Shown: piece by piece, positions 1-9,699 of the stretch
Layout of the letters: each line of letters begins with the position of its first letter
Position numbering within the stretch: position 1 is the first letter of the stretch
Assembly (NCBI GenBank): GCA_016195685.1
Contig: JACPZE010000003.1
Coordinates: 899 to 64,898 of the forward strand
Length of the DNA stretch: 64,000 nt
Direction of reading: 5' to 3'
From: Candidatus Gottesmanbacteria bacterium
GTDB taxonomy: Bacteria > Patescibacteriota > Microgenomatia > 2-02-FULL-39-11
Notes under the pieces: generated by a model
Told to the model about the DNA's origin: nothing
What the model saw: the letters and a program-made list of their open reading frames with translations, nothing else
Databases searched by the model: none
Position numbers and translations under genes: made by a program

Positions 1-20
1 AGTGAGGAAAATCCCAATGA

Positions 21-212
21 TCAGGAAGGTTTGGATGAAGAATAGTGGACTATTTTCTTTTTCAAAAATAAGATTACTCCTGAAATAGATTTCTTCCTAT
101 CAATTTTCAATTTATATAGTTCAGCCGGTACTGACAATTCACGATTGGCGGAACGGATAGCAAGAAAAATAGAAATGACCAAAATTACGAATATGCTTCC
201 CAAAATTATCAT
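21..212 (-). CDS. small hydrophobic ORF (63 aa), weakly supported
   Basis: ORF track only; TM-like N-terminus MIILGSIFVILVISIFLAI; no recognisable family. Confidence 0.2.
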   Translation of the reverse strand: MIILGSIFVILVISIFLAIRSANRELSVPAELYKLKIDRKKSISGVILFLKKKIVHYSSSKPS

Positions 213-1192
213 TGTAAATACTCCTGGCCCAGAATAACTTTGATATCAGAAACATCCGTCTCATTACTCTCTTCCACACTACATTTATAAAACTTTTTTA
301 GTCTATCAACTATTATACTTGAAGATAGCTCGTGTCGAAAAGTAACTACCCTACAATTTCCATTTTCTTTTTGGACAGCCGTTGATTTCGAAACTACGTT
401 TGCGCCTAAATTATGTAAAATGCGGCTAAATTGAGAAGCAACCTTTTCCCGATCAGTGGCGTTTATCACCTCAACAGATACGTTTTGCAATCTGACTACT
501 TGGTCTTGAAAACTGGGAGAGAAAAATTGATCAAGTAAATCCGGGTCAGTTTTATAAACAATTGATCCATCTGGTAATTTCTCCTTTATCAAAGCATGAC
601 TATTAACCAAATCCACAATTTTTATATTATCGCTTCTTAAATATCTTACTGCATTCCAAAAGCGTACAATATCGGCCAGATTAAGATCAGTTTTGACATT
701 TTTAATTCCTGATTGGATTGAGAAGATTGACGGTAATAATCTTCTAAAAGAAAAATATTTTCTTTTTAAATCTAAAACTTTATCTAACTCAGTTGGTAAT
801 AAATACTTATCCGAATCGCCTCTAGCAAAAAAACCTCCTACCACAATACCGAAAGTGTTTTCAATACTTTTGCTCAATAATTTCCCCCCTCCTCTTTTTG
901 GATCCAGATTTCCTAACTCATAAACAGCACCTGCCGGATAGGTATTATATCCATATGGAACATCCAAAATCGTATTGACCGGTATGGTAACAAGTATAGC
1001 TTGATGCGTTGACGGTTCTAGTGAAAAAAGGAATAAAGGATTTCCATCTATTATTACCGTAAACCGACGCATACCATCCCACTTGCCGCCTGTTGTTAAT
1101 TTAACCACCAATATTAAAACCAAAAAAAATGTTGCCGCAACTAAAATTAGGCGGCAAATGCGAAAAAATTCTGCTCCCCTTTTTTTTCTCAT
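209..1192 (-). CDS. LytR-CpsA-Psr (LCP) family envelope protein with LytR_C-like C-terminal domain
   Basis: N-terminal membrane anchor; LCP-like core (VTIPVNTILDVPYGYN...AVYELG); C-terminal segment VEVINATDREKVASQFSRILHNLGANVV resembles LytR_C. Confidence 0.55.
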   Translation of the reverse strand: MRKKRGAEFFRICRLILVAATFFLVLILVVKLTTGGKWDGMRRFTVIIDGNPLFLFSLEPSTHQAILVTIPVNTILDVPYGYNTYPAGAVYELGNLDPKRGGGKLLSKSIENTFGIVVGGFFARGDSDKYLLPTELDKVLDLKRKYFSFRRLLPSIFSIQSGIKNVKTDLNLADIVRFWNAVRYLRSDNIKIVDLVNSHALIKEKLPDGSIVYKTDPDLLDQFFSPSFQDQVVRLQNVSVEVINATDREKVASQFSRILHNLGANVVSKSTAVQKENGNCRVVTFRHELSSSIIVDRLKKFYKCSVEESNETDVSDIKVILGQEYLQ

Positions 1193-1203
1193 TGATTCGT
1201 ATT

Positions 1204-1350
1204 TCAGCTTTCTTGTTTGCCTTTCTTGATAATTTCTATACTCGGCAGAACAAAACTCTGTTTTTGAGTTAGGGTCCTTGCTTTCTTATCTAGCAATTCC
1301 TTTTTTGTTTTTTTCTTGTCTCCTTTATAAAAGCCTCCAAAATTACCCAC
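1204..1350 (-). CDS. small Lys-rich ORF (48 aa) with perfect SD, translationally adjacent to LCP gene
   Basis: AAGGAGGTGATT followed by GTG; MGNFGGFYKGDKKKTKKELLDKKARTLTQKQSFVLPSIEIIKKGKQES; below ORF-track cutoff. Confidence 0.3.
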   Translation of the reverse strand: MGNFGGFYKGDKKKTKKELLDKKARTLTQKQSFVLPSIEIIKKGKQES

Positions 1351-1488
1351 AATCACCTCCTTTAGAAACAGTTAATGAATAAAATTTACTCTTTCTTCAG
1401 CCCTCCGTTAAGGCTTACCGCCAAAGGCGGGATAAGTTAAGGCTGGTTATAATCATTAATTATATTACAATACATAATTATTCTGTTG

Positions 1489-3213
1489 TCAAAATCCATT
1501 ATGCGATCGGTATTCTCTCTGCAAATTTCTAACTTTCCCTTCTATTTCTTTCTCCTGTAAATTGAGCATATGAAGTAATTCTTCTGTCATAGAAATCGCG
1601 GCTTCGAATTCTGGTTGGACAATGGTATTTACACCAAGACTTTTTAATAATTTCCAATCTTCTTCAAAATGGGTTCTGACTATCAGTTTAACATTTGCAT
1701 TCAAAGTCAAAATGTTGGCTATAACTGTTTCTTGCGTATGACGATCGGCATAAGCCAAAATGACAACTTTAGCGTTTTTCACTTGGGCAAAATTAAGTAC
1801 GTCAATTTCCGCCGGATCTCCATAGATTACGGAAATCCCTTGCCTGCGCAAACTTCTTACTAATTTATGATTATAATCGATAACTATAAAAGGAATCTGG
1901 GAAATGGAAAGTGCATGACAAATATATTTTCCTACTCTGCCGTGACCCAAAACTACTACATGATTGGAGAGATCTTCAACTTCTTCATTTTTGGATCTGT
2001 CCAGGGTGGTAAATATTTTCCTACCCAAAGGAATAAAACTTATCGCATGCTTTAACCGATAATAAATTCTTTCGCCCAAACTTATAAAAGGAACCGATAC
2101 TATCAAGGAGATGAAGGAGACAGATAATATTGTCATGTAAATATCATTTGTTATCAAATTACTACTAAGCCCGATGATTGCCAAAATGAAGGCAAATTCT
2201 CCAACCGAAACTAGCGAAAATCCCACCAGGAATGCGGTTTTACTATGATATCCAAGCAATAAAACCAATATTATAGAAACAAGAAGCTTTACACTGATAA
2301 CGATTAAGGAAAATAATAGCAAAATGGCAGCGTGTGAAATAAAATAAGACGGGTTTACCATAAATCCCAAAGAAACAAAAAAAACCGTGGAAAATAAATC
2401 TCTTAAGGGACGTACTTCTGCAAAAATACCGTGATTAGCAGATGAAGTAGAAAGGATAATTCCGGCTATAAAAGCTCCTAGAGCAAAAGATAAACCAAAA
2501 TGTTGAAAAACATATGCAAATAATAAGCAGATTGAAACCGCTCCAATCAACAGTAATTCACGACTTTTAAAGTCTGCTATTTTCTCTATAATTTTGGGTA
2601 CGATATTTTTTCCTACGGTAATTACGAAAAAAAACGATAGCAATGCGAAAAAAAGACTTTTAGCAAATGTAAGTATTGGAGCAATCCCGATCCCTGGTCC
2701 TCTAATCAAATATGCTATCGTAGGCAAAAGAATAATAATGGGTAATGTATAGACATCCTGCATAAAAAGCCACCCTTGTGCCATCTCTCCATGCAGAGTT
2801 TCTAACTCTCCTTTGTCCGACAAGGTTTTCAAAACCAAAGCAGTTGAAGATAAAGAAAATACGCACCCTAAAAATAATGCACTGTAAAAATCTATTCCGA
2901 AAAGGGTAAAAATCAAGATAAACAGAAGTATGCAAAAAAATACCTGGACAAGAGAACCAAAAATTATAACTTCTCCTAAACTTTTAAGTTTTGACAAAGA
3001 AAATTCAAGCCCGAGTGTAAAAAGTAACATCGCTACGCCAATTTCTGCAATATTGCCGACTGCACTTCCAAAAGAATTAAACTTGGTAAAAAATGAGGAG
3101 ATAAATATTCCGCCAACAAGATATCCCAGTAGTATCGGCATCTTGAGCTTCTTAAATATTACGCCACCGATAAAAGCGGTAAGAAGTATTATGATGAGAT
3201 CCCGAATAAACAT
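1489..3213 (-). CDS. monovalent cation:proton antiporter (CPA2, KefB/KefC-like) with C-terminal RCK/TrkA-N domain
   Basis: about 12 TM helices followed by a Rossmann motif VVVLGHGRVGKYICHAL and an RCK-like region (VIDYNHKLVRSLRRQGISVIYGD). Confidence 0.8.
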   Translation of the reverse strand: MFIRDLIIILLTAFIGGVIFKKLKMPILLGYLVGGIFISSFFTKFNSFGSAVGNIAEIGVAMLLFTLGLEFSLSKLKSLGEVIIFGSLVQVFFCILLFILIFTLFGIDFYSALFLGCVFSLSSTALVLKTLSDKGELETLHGEMAQGWLFMQDVYTLPIIILLPTIAYLIRGPGIGIAPILTFAKSLFFALLSFFFVITVGKNIVPKIIEKIADFKSRELLLIGAVSICLLFAYVFQHFGLSFALGAFIAGIILSTSSANHGIFAEVRPLRDLFSTVFFVSLGFMVNPSYFISHAAILLLFSLIVISVKLLVSIILVLLLGYHSKTAFLVGFSLVSVGEFAFILAIIGLSSNLITNDIYMTILSVSFISLIVSVPFISLGERIYYRLKHAISFIPLGRKIFTTLDRSKNEEVEDLSNHVVVLGHGRVGKYICHALSISQIPFIVIDYNHKLVRSLRRQGISVIYGDPAEIDVLNFAQVKNAKVVILAYADRHTQETVIANILTLNANVKLIVRTHFEEDWKLLKSLGVNTIVQPEFEAAISMTEELLHMLNLQEKEIEGKVRNLQREYRSHNGF

Positions 3214-3217
3214 AATT

Positions 3218-3949
3218 TCAACTTAAAAGCAAAAGCGTATCTAAAACATCCTGTAAATCCTGTGGCAACTTACTATCAAACTCTAAAACTTTGTCTGAAA
3301 CTGGATGCGAAAATTTTAAATATTGAGCATGTAAAAATAGTCTTGGGCAAAATTTCACATCCCACCTAAAAGTCTTCCTGCCTGCATAGAAACTATCAGA
3401 AACGACAGGGTGTCCTAGATATTTTAAGTGTATCCGTATTTGATGAGTCCGTCCAGTATGTGGAGTCACTTCAAGAAGCGTAAGTATTTCTCCTTTAGGT
3501 GACTTAAGTGACTTAAGTGATTTATAGAAAGTCATCGCTTCCCTACCCCCAGGCAATACTCCGAACCTTTCTCTGTTCCATGGCAGTCTTCCTACACTCG
3601 CTTTGATTTCACCCTCACCTGGAACAACATTTCCATGTACAAGTGTCTTATATTTTTTGGCGATTTGCCTTTCTTTAAATTGTTGCTGAAGAGTGAAAAA
3701 TGCTTGAGGGTTTTTCGCTATTATTAAAAGTCCAGAAGTATCTTTATCTAGTCTATGAACAATTCCCGCTCTACTATAAAAATCAGTTTCCTCTGTGACT
3801 TTTAACTTTTCACTTTTAACTTTTAACTTCTTTTCCGCCCAATCTTGAATTGTTTCAACCTTCACCGATTCTGCTTTATTCACCACTACTCCTGCGGGTT
3901 TATCTATTACAAGAAAACTGTCATCCTCAAAAATGATGGGGATTTGCAT
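3218..3949 (-). CDS. RluA-family 23S rRNA/tRNA pseudouridine synthase
   Basis: catalytic motif HRLDKDTSGLLIIAKN; VIDKPAGVVV substrate-binding segment; contains short in-frame tandem nucleotide repeats. Confidence 0.8.
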   Translation of the reverse strand: MQIPIIFEDDSFLVIDKPAGVVVNKAESVKVETIQDWAEKKLKVKSEKLKVTEETDFYSRAGIVHRLDKDTSGLLIIAKNPQAFFTLQQQFKERQIAKKYKTLVHGNVVPGEGEIKASVGRLPWNRERFGVLPGGREAMTFYKSLKSLKSPKGEILTLLEVTPHTGRTHQIRIHLKYLGHPVVSDSFYAGRKTFRWDVKFCPRLFLHAQYLKFSHPVSDKVLEFDSKLPQDLQDVLDTLLLLS

Positions 3950-4011
3950 GGGAAAATTGATATTGGAGATTATTAATTGGTTCTAGATATGTTACCCAAT
4001 TAACAATCCTT

Positions 4012-4374
4012 TTATTTTTTTTCTCTTTTCCTCTCACAATCTACGCAGTAAAGAGCTGTTGGTTTCACTGTCAATCTTTCGATACTGATCATCTTACCGC
4101 AGGACAAACATTTTCCGTAGATTCCTTTTTTAATCCGCAATAAAGCTTCTTCGATCTCAGACATATGCAAACGCAACTCCTTTTCCAGTGCCTGCATTCG
4201 TTCATGTGATATCTCTTCCTTGGCGTCGGTATCAGAAGCAGCGTTATCATTTAGCCTATCAGGGTCAGAAAATGGATCTTGGGATTTAAGCGACGTAATT
4301 GTAGTATCGACTTTTCTTTTTTCTTTAAGTAATGATAAATTTATTTTTTTCAGAAAATCAAGTGTAATTTTCAT
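4012..4374 (-). CDS. TraR/DksA-family C4-type zinc-finger protein
   Basis: C-terminal CLSCGKMISIERLTVKPTALYCVDCE four-Cys finger preceded by a coiled-coil region. Confidence 0.65.
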   Translation of the reverse strand: MKITLDFLKKINLSLLKEKRKVDTTITSLKSQDPFSDPDRLNDNAASDTDAKEEISHERMQALEKELRLHMSEIEEALLRIKKGIYGKCLSCGKMISIERLTVKPTALYCVDCERKREKK

Positions 4375-5128
4375 TATTTTTTTGGCTCCTCCTTTTAAAT
4401 TTTATAATCAGCGGAACTACAATTGCCACAAGCAATATTAAAACACCTACCTGGCGAAAACTCAGACCATATAAGTATAGGTTATAAACTTTTAGGAATT
4501 CAAGTAGGAATATAATCAACGCAAGACCTATTCCGAAAATGGATGCGACCAACCCTTCGGGCAAAATATTTCTTTTAACCCGTTTGTAAATAAGATAAAG
4601 TATTAATGTAAGTATAGATAACAAAAATGCTTCATAAAGTTCTACAGGATGATGTTTTCCCGGTAACCCTATAATTTTTATTCCCAGAAAAAAGTTCGTT
4701 TCTCGACCAAATCCTGCACCACCTAGTTGTTCACCAAGTTTGGCAAGAATCAGGGCAAAACTGGAAGCAAGCGAAAAAAGATCCAGTAGCTTCCAAAAGT
4801 TTCTTTTTATTCTCCTGGCATACCAAAAAAGGAAAATAAATCCACCAAATAATCCGCCCACAAGGGATAAACCAGGAGTTTCCCTGACTACGATATATTT
4901 GAGAAAATTCAGTCCGAATTCATTAAAATGAAATAGGATAAACCCTAGTCTGCTAGCGATTAATGATGCTAAACTTGTATAAAGAAAAGCATCTAAGTAT
5001 TCCTCCTCGGCAAGTTCCTCTTTGGCATTTTTCCATACAATAAAAGTGGAAAAAAGAAATGCTAAAGAGAGAAAAAATCCGAATGCGTAAACATTAAATG
5101 ACCCGATGGTAAAAAGTACAGGAGACAT
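4358..5128 (-). CDS. lgt: prolipoprotein diacylglyceryl transferase
   Basis: polytopic membrane protein with Lgt signature region GRETNFF...HPVELYEAFL and conserved N-terminal FTIGSF..YAFG. Confidence 0.7.
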   Translation of the reverse strand: MSPVLFTIGSFNVYAFGFFLSLAFLFSTFIVWKNAKEELAEEEYLDAFLYTSLASLIASRLGFILFHFNEFGLNFLKYIVVRETPGLSLVGGLFGGFIFLFWYARRIKRNFWKLLDLFSLASSFALILAKLGEQLGGAGFGRETNFFLGIKIIGLPGKHHPVELYEAFLLSILTLILYLIYKRVKRNILPEGLVASIFGIGLALIIFLLEFLKVYNLYLYGLSFRQVGVLILLVAIVVPLIIKFKRRSQKNNENYT

Positions 5129-5129
5129 A

Positions 5130-6413
5130 TTAGTTAATCGTAGTATTTACTTTTCTCCTTTGCAAGTAATGGTAAATTCCACTTATAAGTACTAATACCC
5201 CGATGACCGAAAGTGCCCTACCAACACCAGCAACATCAGCAAGAATACCGGAAAAAATACCAGGAAGTATTGAAACTCCACCTGTGAGTGATGTTAATAC
5301 ACCATAGATACGACCCTGCATTTTGGTATCTGAATCAGATTGTAAAATAGCATTTGCCGGAACGCTTACGAAAGAATTAAAAATCCCCAGAAAAAATAAA
5401 AGACCAATTGCCATCATAAGATTATTTAGTACAAACCGTCTGTGCAAAAAATATATAAACAGACCAATACTGGGTTTCCCCGCTTTGGTCAAAAGAGACA
5501 ACAAAAGTAAACAAAAAGCAACACCCCACATCCCCAAAAGTATGATCGTGCCTTTAAGATATCTATTCCCAAATCCTCCCACCCAAAATGCTCCCAAAAC
5601 TAAACCGATCGCTGCTGGACCCATGATCAAATATGAAGCATCTTTAAGATCTATATTTAGTATTCTGTCAGAAAACCCAGGACCCAATACCGCTAGTGTC
5701 GCTATAAGTGCTTGAGAAAAAGTAAGAAGAAGTAAACTTTGCCTTACACGAATATTTTCCCGGATAAAAAGTAAGCCTTCTTTTGTCGTATCCGTGAAAA
5801 GACTAAATGTTATATTTATTTTGGATTTTCCTTTTGTAGCTTTTATACTGGGTAATAAATAAATAAACGCTGTAGCCAAAATCATAAGACTTCCCATAAA
5901 TAGATAGACAAAAGTTTCACCAAAAAGGCGAATCATTGGTCCGGAGAGAATAAATCCTAAAACAGTGGATAAATAAAAACTGATCGTAAAAAGAGAGTTG
6001 GCGGTAAGAATTTGTGAAGGCTCAACCAAATTCGGAATAGATGGTGCCTCGGCTGGAATAAAAAATTGGGTACTTATGGAGATAAGTATTGCCAGAATAA
6101 AAATAGCAAGAATGTTATTTGCAAATAAAAAAAATCCGATAAAAATAAAAACTCTAGAAATATTACACAATAAAAGGACAATTCTTTTATCATAAAAATC
6201 GACAATCCCTCCGGCTACTACCCCAAAAATAACCGACGGAATAGCAAAACATAAAAGCATCAAAGATACTACCGTACTAGACCTGGTAGTTTGATATACC
6301 ATGATTGCCAGAACAAAAATAAGCATGTTTAAGGAAATTTGAGAGGTAATTTGACCAAGCCAAATATTGCGGAAATTTGTATTTTTTATAACTGAAATGT
6401 AGGAGTTCAGCAT
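5130..6413 (-). CDS. MFS-type transporter
   Basis: 12 predicted TM helices in a 6+6 arrangement; no family-specific motif recognised. Confidence 0.65.
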   Translation of the reverse strand: MLNSYISVIKNTNFRNIWLGQITSQISLNMLIFVLAIMVYQTTRSSTVVSLMLLCFAIPSVIFGVVAGGIVDFYDKRIVLLLCNISRVFIFIGFFLFANNILAIFILAILISISTQFFIPAEAPSIPNLVEPSQILTANSLFTISFYLSTVLGFILSGPMIRLFGETFVYLFMGSLMILATAFIYLLPSIKATKGKSKINITFSLFTDTTKEGLLFIRENIRVRQSLLLLTFSQALIATLAVLGPGFSDRILNIDLKDASYLIMGPAAIGLVLGAFWVGGFGNRYLKGTIILLGMWGVAFCLLLLSLLTKAGKPSIGLFIYFLHRRFVLNNLMMAIGLLFFLGIFNSFVSVPANAILQSDSDTKMQGRIYGVLTSLTGGVSILPGIFSGILADVAGVGRALSVIGVLVLISGIYHYLQRRKVNTTIN

Positions 6414-6425
6414 TTAAAAATGAAC

Positions 6426-7970
6426 TTATAAGTTTCCCAATATGTACTCCAGAAGAGTTCTTACCCCAAAACCTACCCCTCCGATAGAAGAAAGAGGAGT
6501 ATCGCGTTCGGCGAAAGCAGGACCAGCTATATCCAGATGTACCCAAGGCGTATCCCCAACGAACTCAGCCAAAAATAAAGCGGCGGTAATGGCTCCACCG
6601 TATCTGCCTGTCTGGATGTTTTTGACGTCTGCAATGTGGCTCTTGATAAGGGATTTATAGTCGGAAAAAAGCGGCATGTTCCATACCCATTCGCCTACAT
6701 TTTCTCCTGATTTACTTATAGAATCTATAAGTTTGGTATTATTCCCCCACATACCGGCAATATCATCACCTAAAGCAACCATGCACGCACCCGTCAGTGT
6801 AGCTAAATCTATGATTTCATCAGGTTTCTCTTTCAAATTGGCATAAGATATGGCATCGGCTAAAGTAAGTCTTCCTTCAGCATCGGTATTGAGTACTTCA
6901 ATCGTCTTTCCGTTCATGGCTTTTAGTATGTCTCCGGGTTTTAATGCTTTTCCAGAAGGCATATTTTCACAAGCGGCTATAAGACCCACTACCTCAATAA
7001 TAGGATTTAAAAGTGTGATGGCATGAAATACTGCTAAAATTGCAGCTGCTCCGGCCATATCCAGTTTCATCGTTTCCATGTGCTCGGCTGACTTAAGAGA
7101 AAGTCCGCCGGTATCAAAAGTGATCCCTTTACCTATTAACACTATTTTTTTCGACGATCCGGCAGGTTTATACGATAAATGGATAAATTTTGGCGGTTTA
7201 TCACTGCCCGATGCTACCCCCAGAAATGAATTCATTCCTAATTTGGCTATTTCATCCTTGTCCATAATTTTTACTTTCACGGTGTTTTTACTTTCCTTTG
7301 CAATATTTAAAGCAACATCAGCTAAATAACTAGGTGAGGTAATTTCAGGAGGTTCATTTATAAGATCACGGGCGAAAACAGTTGAATTGGAAAATATTTC
7401 ACCCTTCCGCATTCCTTCTTCACCCAAAGTTAATTTGGGTGCGGAAAGAGATAATAGGACTTCTTCGATAGGGCGATTATTTTTCTGTTCCTCCTCACCT
7501 TTGTATTTGATAAATTTATATGAGGAAAGATTAACTGCCTCTACAACGGATTGAATGACTCTTTCCACCGGATATTTTTTCATCCAATAATCATCTACTA
7601 TTAAGGCTATTTTGGCCGGTTTAGTATCTATAACGCGTTTGATGGAAGTTGCAATCAATTTGTATAGTTTGTAGATATCAAATTCCTCTTTTTTACCTAT
7701 CCCAAACAAAAAAAACTTATACGCTGCTAAATCACCTTTGGGATAAACAAACAGTGTTTGACTCTCTTTCCCTTTGAATTCTTCCTTTTCGGCAAGAGTT
7801 TTTAATTCATCTAAAAAAGCCTTGGGGAGCGACGCGACATTTGAAAATTCTCCTTCCCAACAGTATTTTATAAGCACATCGACTTCTAGTTTTTCTGGAT
7901 TTGTAGGTTTGAGAAGAAATTTCATTTGTTTGACTAATACGAGTGTACAAAATATAATGATTGGAGTCAA
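6426..7970 (-). CDS. pepA: leucyl aminopeptidase, peptidase M17
   Basis: M17 signature NTDAEGRLTLADA and metal-binding region around VGKGITFDTGG. Confidence 0.85.
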   Translation of the reverse strand: MTPIIIFCTLVLVKQMKFLLKPTNPEKLEVDVLIKYCWEGEFSNVASLPKAFLDELKTLAEKEEFKGKESQTLFVYPKGDLAAYKFFLFGIGKKEEFDIYKLYKLIATSIKRVIDTKPAKIALIVDDYWMKKYPVERVIQSVVEAVNLSSYKFIKYKGEEEQKNNRPIEEVLLSLSAPKLTLGEEGMRKGEIFSNSTVFARDLINEPPEITSPSYLADVALNIAKESKNTVKVKIMDKDEIAKLGMNSFLGVASGSDKPPKFIHLSYKPAGSSKKIVLIGKGITFDTGGLSLKSAEHMETMKLDMAGAAAILAVFHAITLLNPIIEVVGLIAACENMPSGKALKPGDILKAMNGKTIEVLNTDAEGRLTLADAISYANLKEKPDEIIDLATLTGACMVALGDDIAGMWGNNTKLIDSISKSGENVGEWVWNMPLFSDYKSLIKSHIADVKNIQTGRYGGAITAALFLAEFVGDTPWVHLDIAGPAFAERDTPLSSIGGVGFGVRTLLEYILGNL

Positions 7971-7983
7971 TTAGACGATCAAT

Positions 7984-8068
7984 GCCGAGGTGGCGGAATG
8001 GCAGACGCGCAGGTCTCAAAAACCTGTGGGCCTCAAAGCCCATGAGGGTTCGACTCCCTCCCTCGGCA
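7984..8068 (+). tRNA. tRNA-Leu (anticodon CAA) with long variable arm
   Basis: GCCGAGGTGGCGGAATGGCAGACGCG; anticodon stem-loop caggt-CTCAAAA-acctg; long extra arm; GGTTCGACTCC T-arm; acceptor 3' strand cctcggc then discriminator A. Confidence 0.9.
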
Positions 8069-8141
8069 CATATAATTTATCACTAAATAAATTTAGGTCA
8101 TGAAATTTTTAGTATAGTATAATGAGTTTATTGATTAAAAA

Positions 8142-9566
8142 ATGTCTAAACAACAAGCAACAAAGACAAAAACCTATTTGTTCGTTGGAATTTCAATTCC
8201 TTTATTACTAATAATACTTGTTTACTTCTTAAACAAAACATACAATTATTCCTCTATAGTTCATTCAGAACCGGCAGTAAAACCAATCGAACCTGAACCT
8301 CATCAGGTTCTTGTCTGTCCTGAGAATGAAAAAGACAAACCCAATAACAATTGTAATTATTTCGGAGGAAATGGTCTTGCTAAAGCCATAAATGACGCGG
8401 ATAAAAACATTGATACCATAATCAAATTAAAACCTTCAGAATATACCAGACTAGAAAATTCGGAGACATTTACAGATAATGAAGGAATCAATCAGAAATG
8501 CTTCCTCTACTCGAAAGACAAAAATATCAAACTAGTTGGTCTTGAATCTGACGATCATACAAAACCAATTATCAACGGCCGAGGCATGGATAATCCTATG
8601 TCCGGTATTTGTATTGATGGAGGTCATTTTGAAATAAGCAACATAATACTAAAAGATTTTCTAAGATCTACTACGTTTTGCACAAAAGAGGACGTCGATT
8701 GCTCTGAAGGATCCGGAATTGCTATCTTGTCCTACAATTCAGAAATTACCATAAAATCAGTAATTCTGGGAACGGGAAATTTCAGTGCAATGAAATCTGA
8801 TAATTCTAACCTGGCAATTTCTGATTCAGATATTGCAGAAAACTCTGATGGAATATCACTGTATAATGGTTCCATAAAAGTTTCCGGCTCCAGATTTTAT
8901 AACAATCGCTTTTCAGCTGGATATTACGTTAACTCAGATGTAGTTTTCCAAAATAATATATTTTTTGAAAATGGACCAAAAGGAGGAATGAACCTTTATA
9001 ATTCTAACAAAACTCCTAACTATACCATCATTAATAATACTTTTTATAAGAATACATATGCCAATTTGAATATAGAAATCGGTTATGGCAGCGATTCTCC
9101 ATTCATGAAAATAACCAATAATATTTTCACAGATGCACAAGTCTATTTTGGTTCGCTAGGAAGCTGGGGTGAAGGTATTCACTTGGAAGATTACGATAAT
9201 TATCTAGCCAAAAAACCCGAGAATTTCGATATAGGTTTCAACCTTTTTTGGAAAAATGGCAATACACCGGAAAAGTATTGTGCAAATAACTATTTATTAT
9301 GTAACATGAAAGGATCAATTATTGGCAAAGATCCCTTATTTAATAATCCAAATGAAAAAGATTTCCGATTGAAAACCGGTTCTCCAGCCATAAATGCCGG
9401 AGCAAATGGCTTAACGATTGGAGCTATTGAGCAAACTGTAGATACTACAAGTGAGGATAAAAAACCGGCTATTCCGAATGATCAACCTGTTCCTGAAACT
9501 GATACTCCAGTAGAAGCATCATCACCCACTGAAACACCATCTCCAGACTCAACTTATAATCCGTAA
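8142..9566 (+). CDS. secreted/membrane-anchored right-handed beta-helix (pectin-lyase-fold-like) repeat protein with Pro/Thr-rich C-terminus
   Basis: N-terminal TM/signal anchor; repeated Asn/Gly-rich beta-helix-like units (NNIFFENGPKGGMNLYNSN, NNTFYKNTYANLNIEIG); C-terminal PVPETDTPVEASSPTETPSPDSTYNP. Confidence 0.55.
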   Translation: MSKQQATKTKTYLFVGISIPLLLIILVYFLNKTYNYSSIVHSEPAVKPIEPEPHQVLVCPENEKDKPNNNCNYFGGNGLAKAINDADKNIDTIIKLKPSEYTRLENSETFTDNEGINQKCFLYSKDKNIKLVGLESDDHTKPIINGRGMDNPMSGICIDGGHFEISNIILKDFLRSTTFCTKEDVDCSEGSGIAILSYNSEITIKSVILGTGNFSAMKSDNSNLAISDSDIAENSDGISLYNGSIKVSGSRFYNNRFSAGYYVNSDVVFQNNIFFENGPKGGMNLYNSNKTPNYTIINNTFYKNTYANLNIEIGYGSDSPFMKITNNIFTDAQVYFGSLGSWGEGIHLEDYDNYLAKKPENFDIGFNLFWKNGNTPEKYCANNYLLCNMKGSIIGKDPLFNNPNEKDFRLKTGSPAINAGANGLTIGAIEQTVDTTSEDKKPAIPNDQPVPETDTPVEASSPTETPSPDSTYNP

Positions 9567-9699
9567 ATTCCGGTTCCTAACTTTGATAAATCTTTTATAT
9601 TAAATATATTAATAGCTATATCATTCCGAAATTTCAAGAATAAATTTATCCATAGCCCAACTCCCTCCCTCGGCATCAAAATATTATTTTAAATAATTT

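Noticed and set aside
693-923. Plus-strand 76-aa ORF inside the LCP gene
   Set aside because: Fully antisense to a well-supported gene; low-complexity translation; treated as spurious, as are similar internal antisense ORFs (11050..11433 in dnaB, 48469..48990 in proS, 45534..45938 in dnaX, 35106..35474 in cysS).
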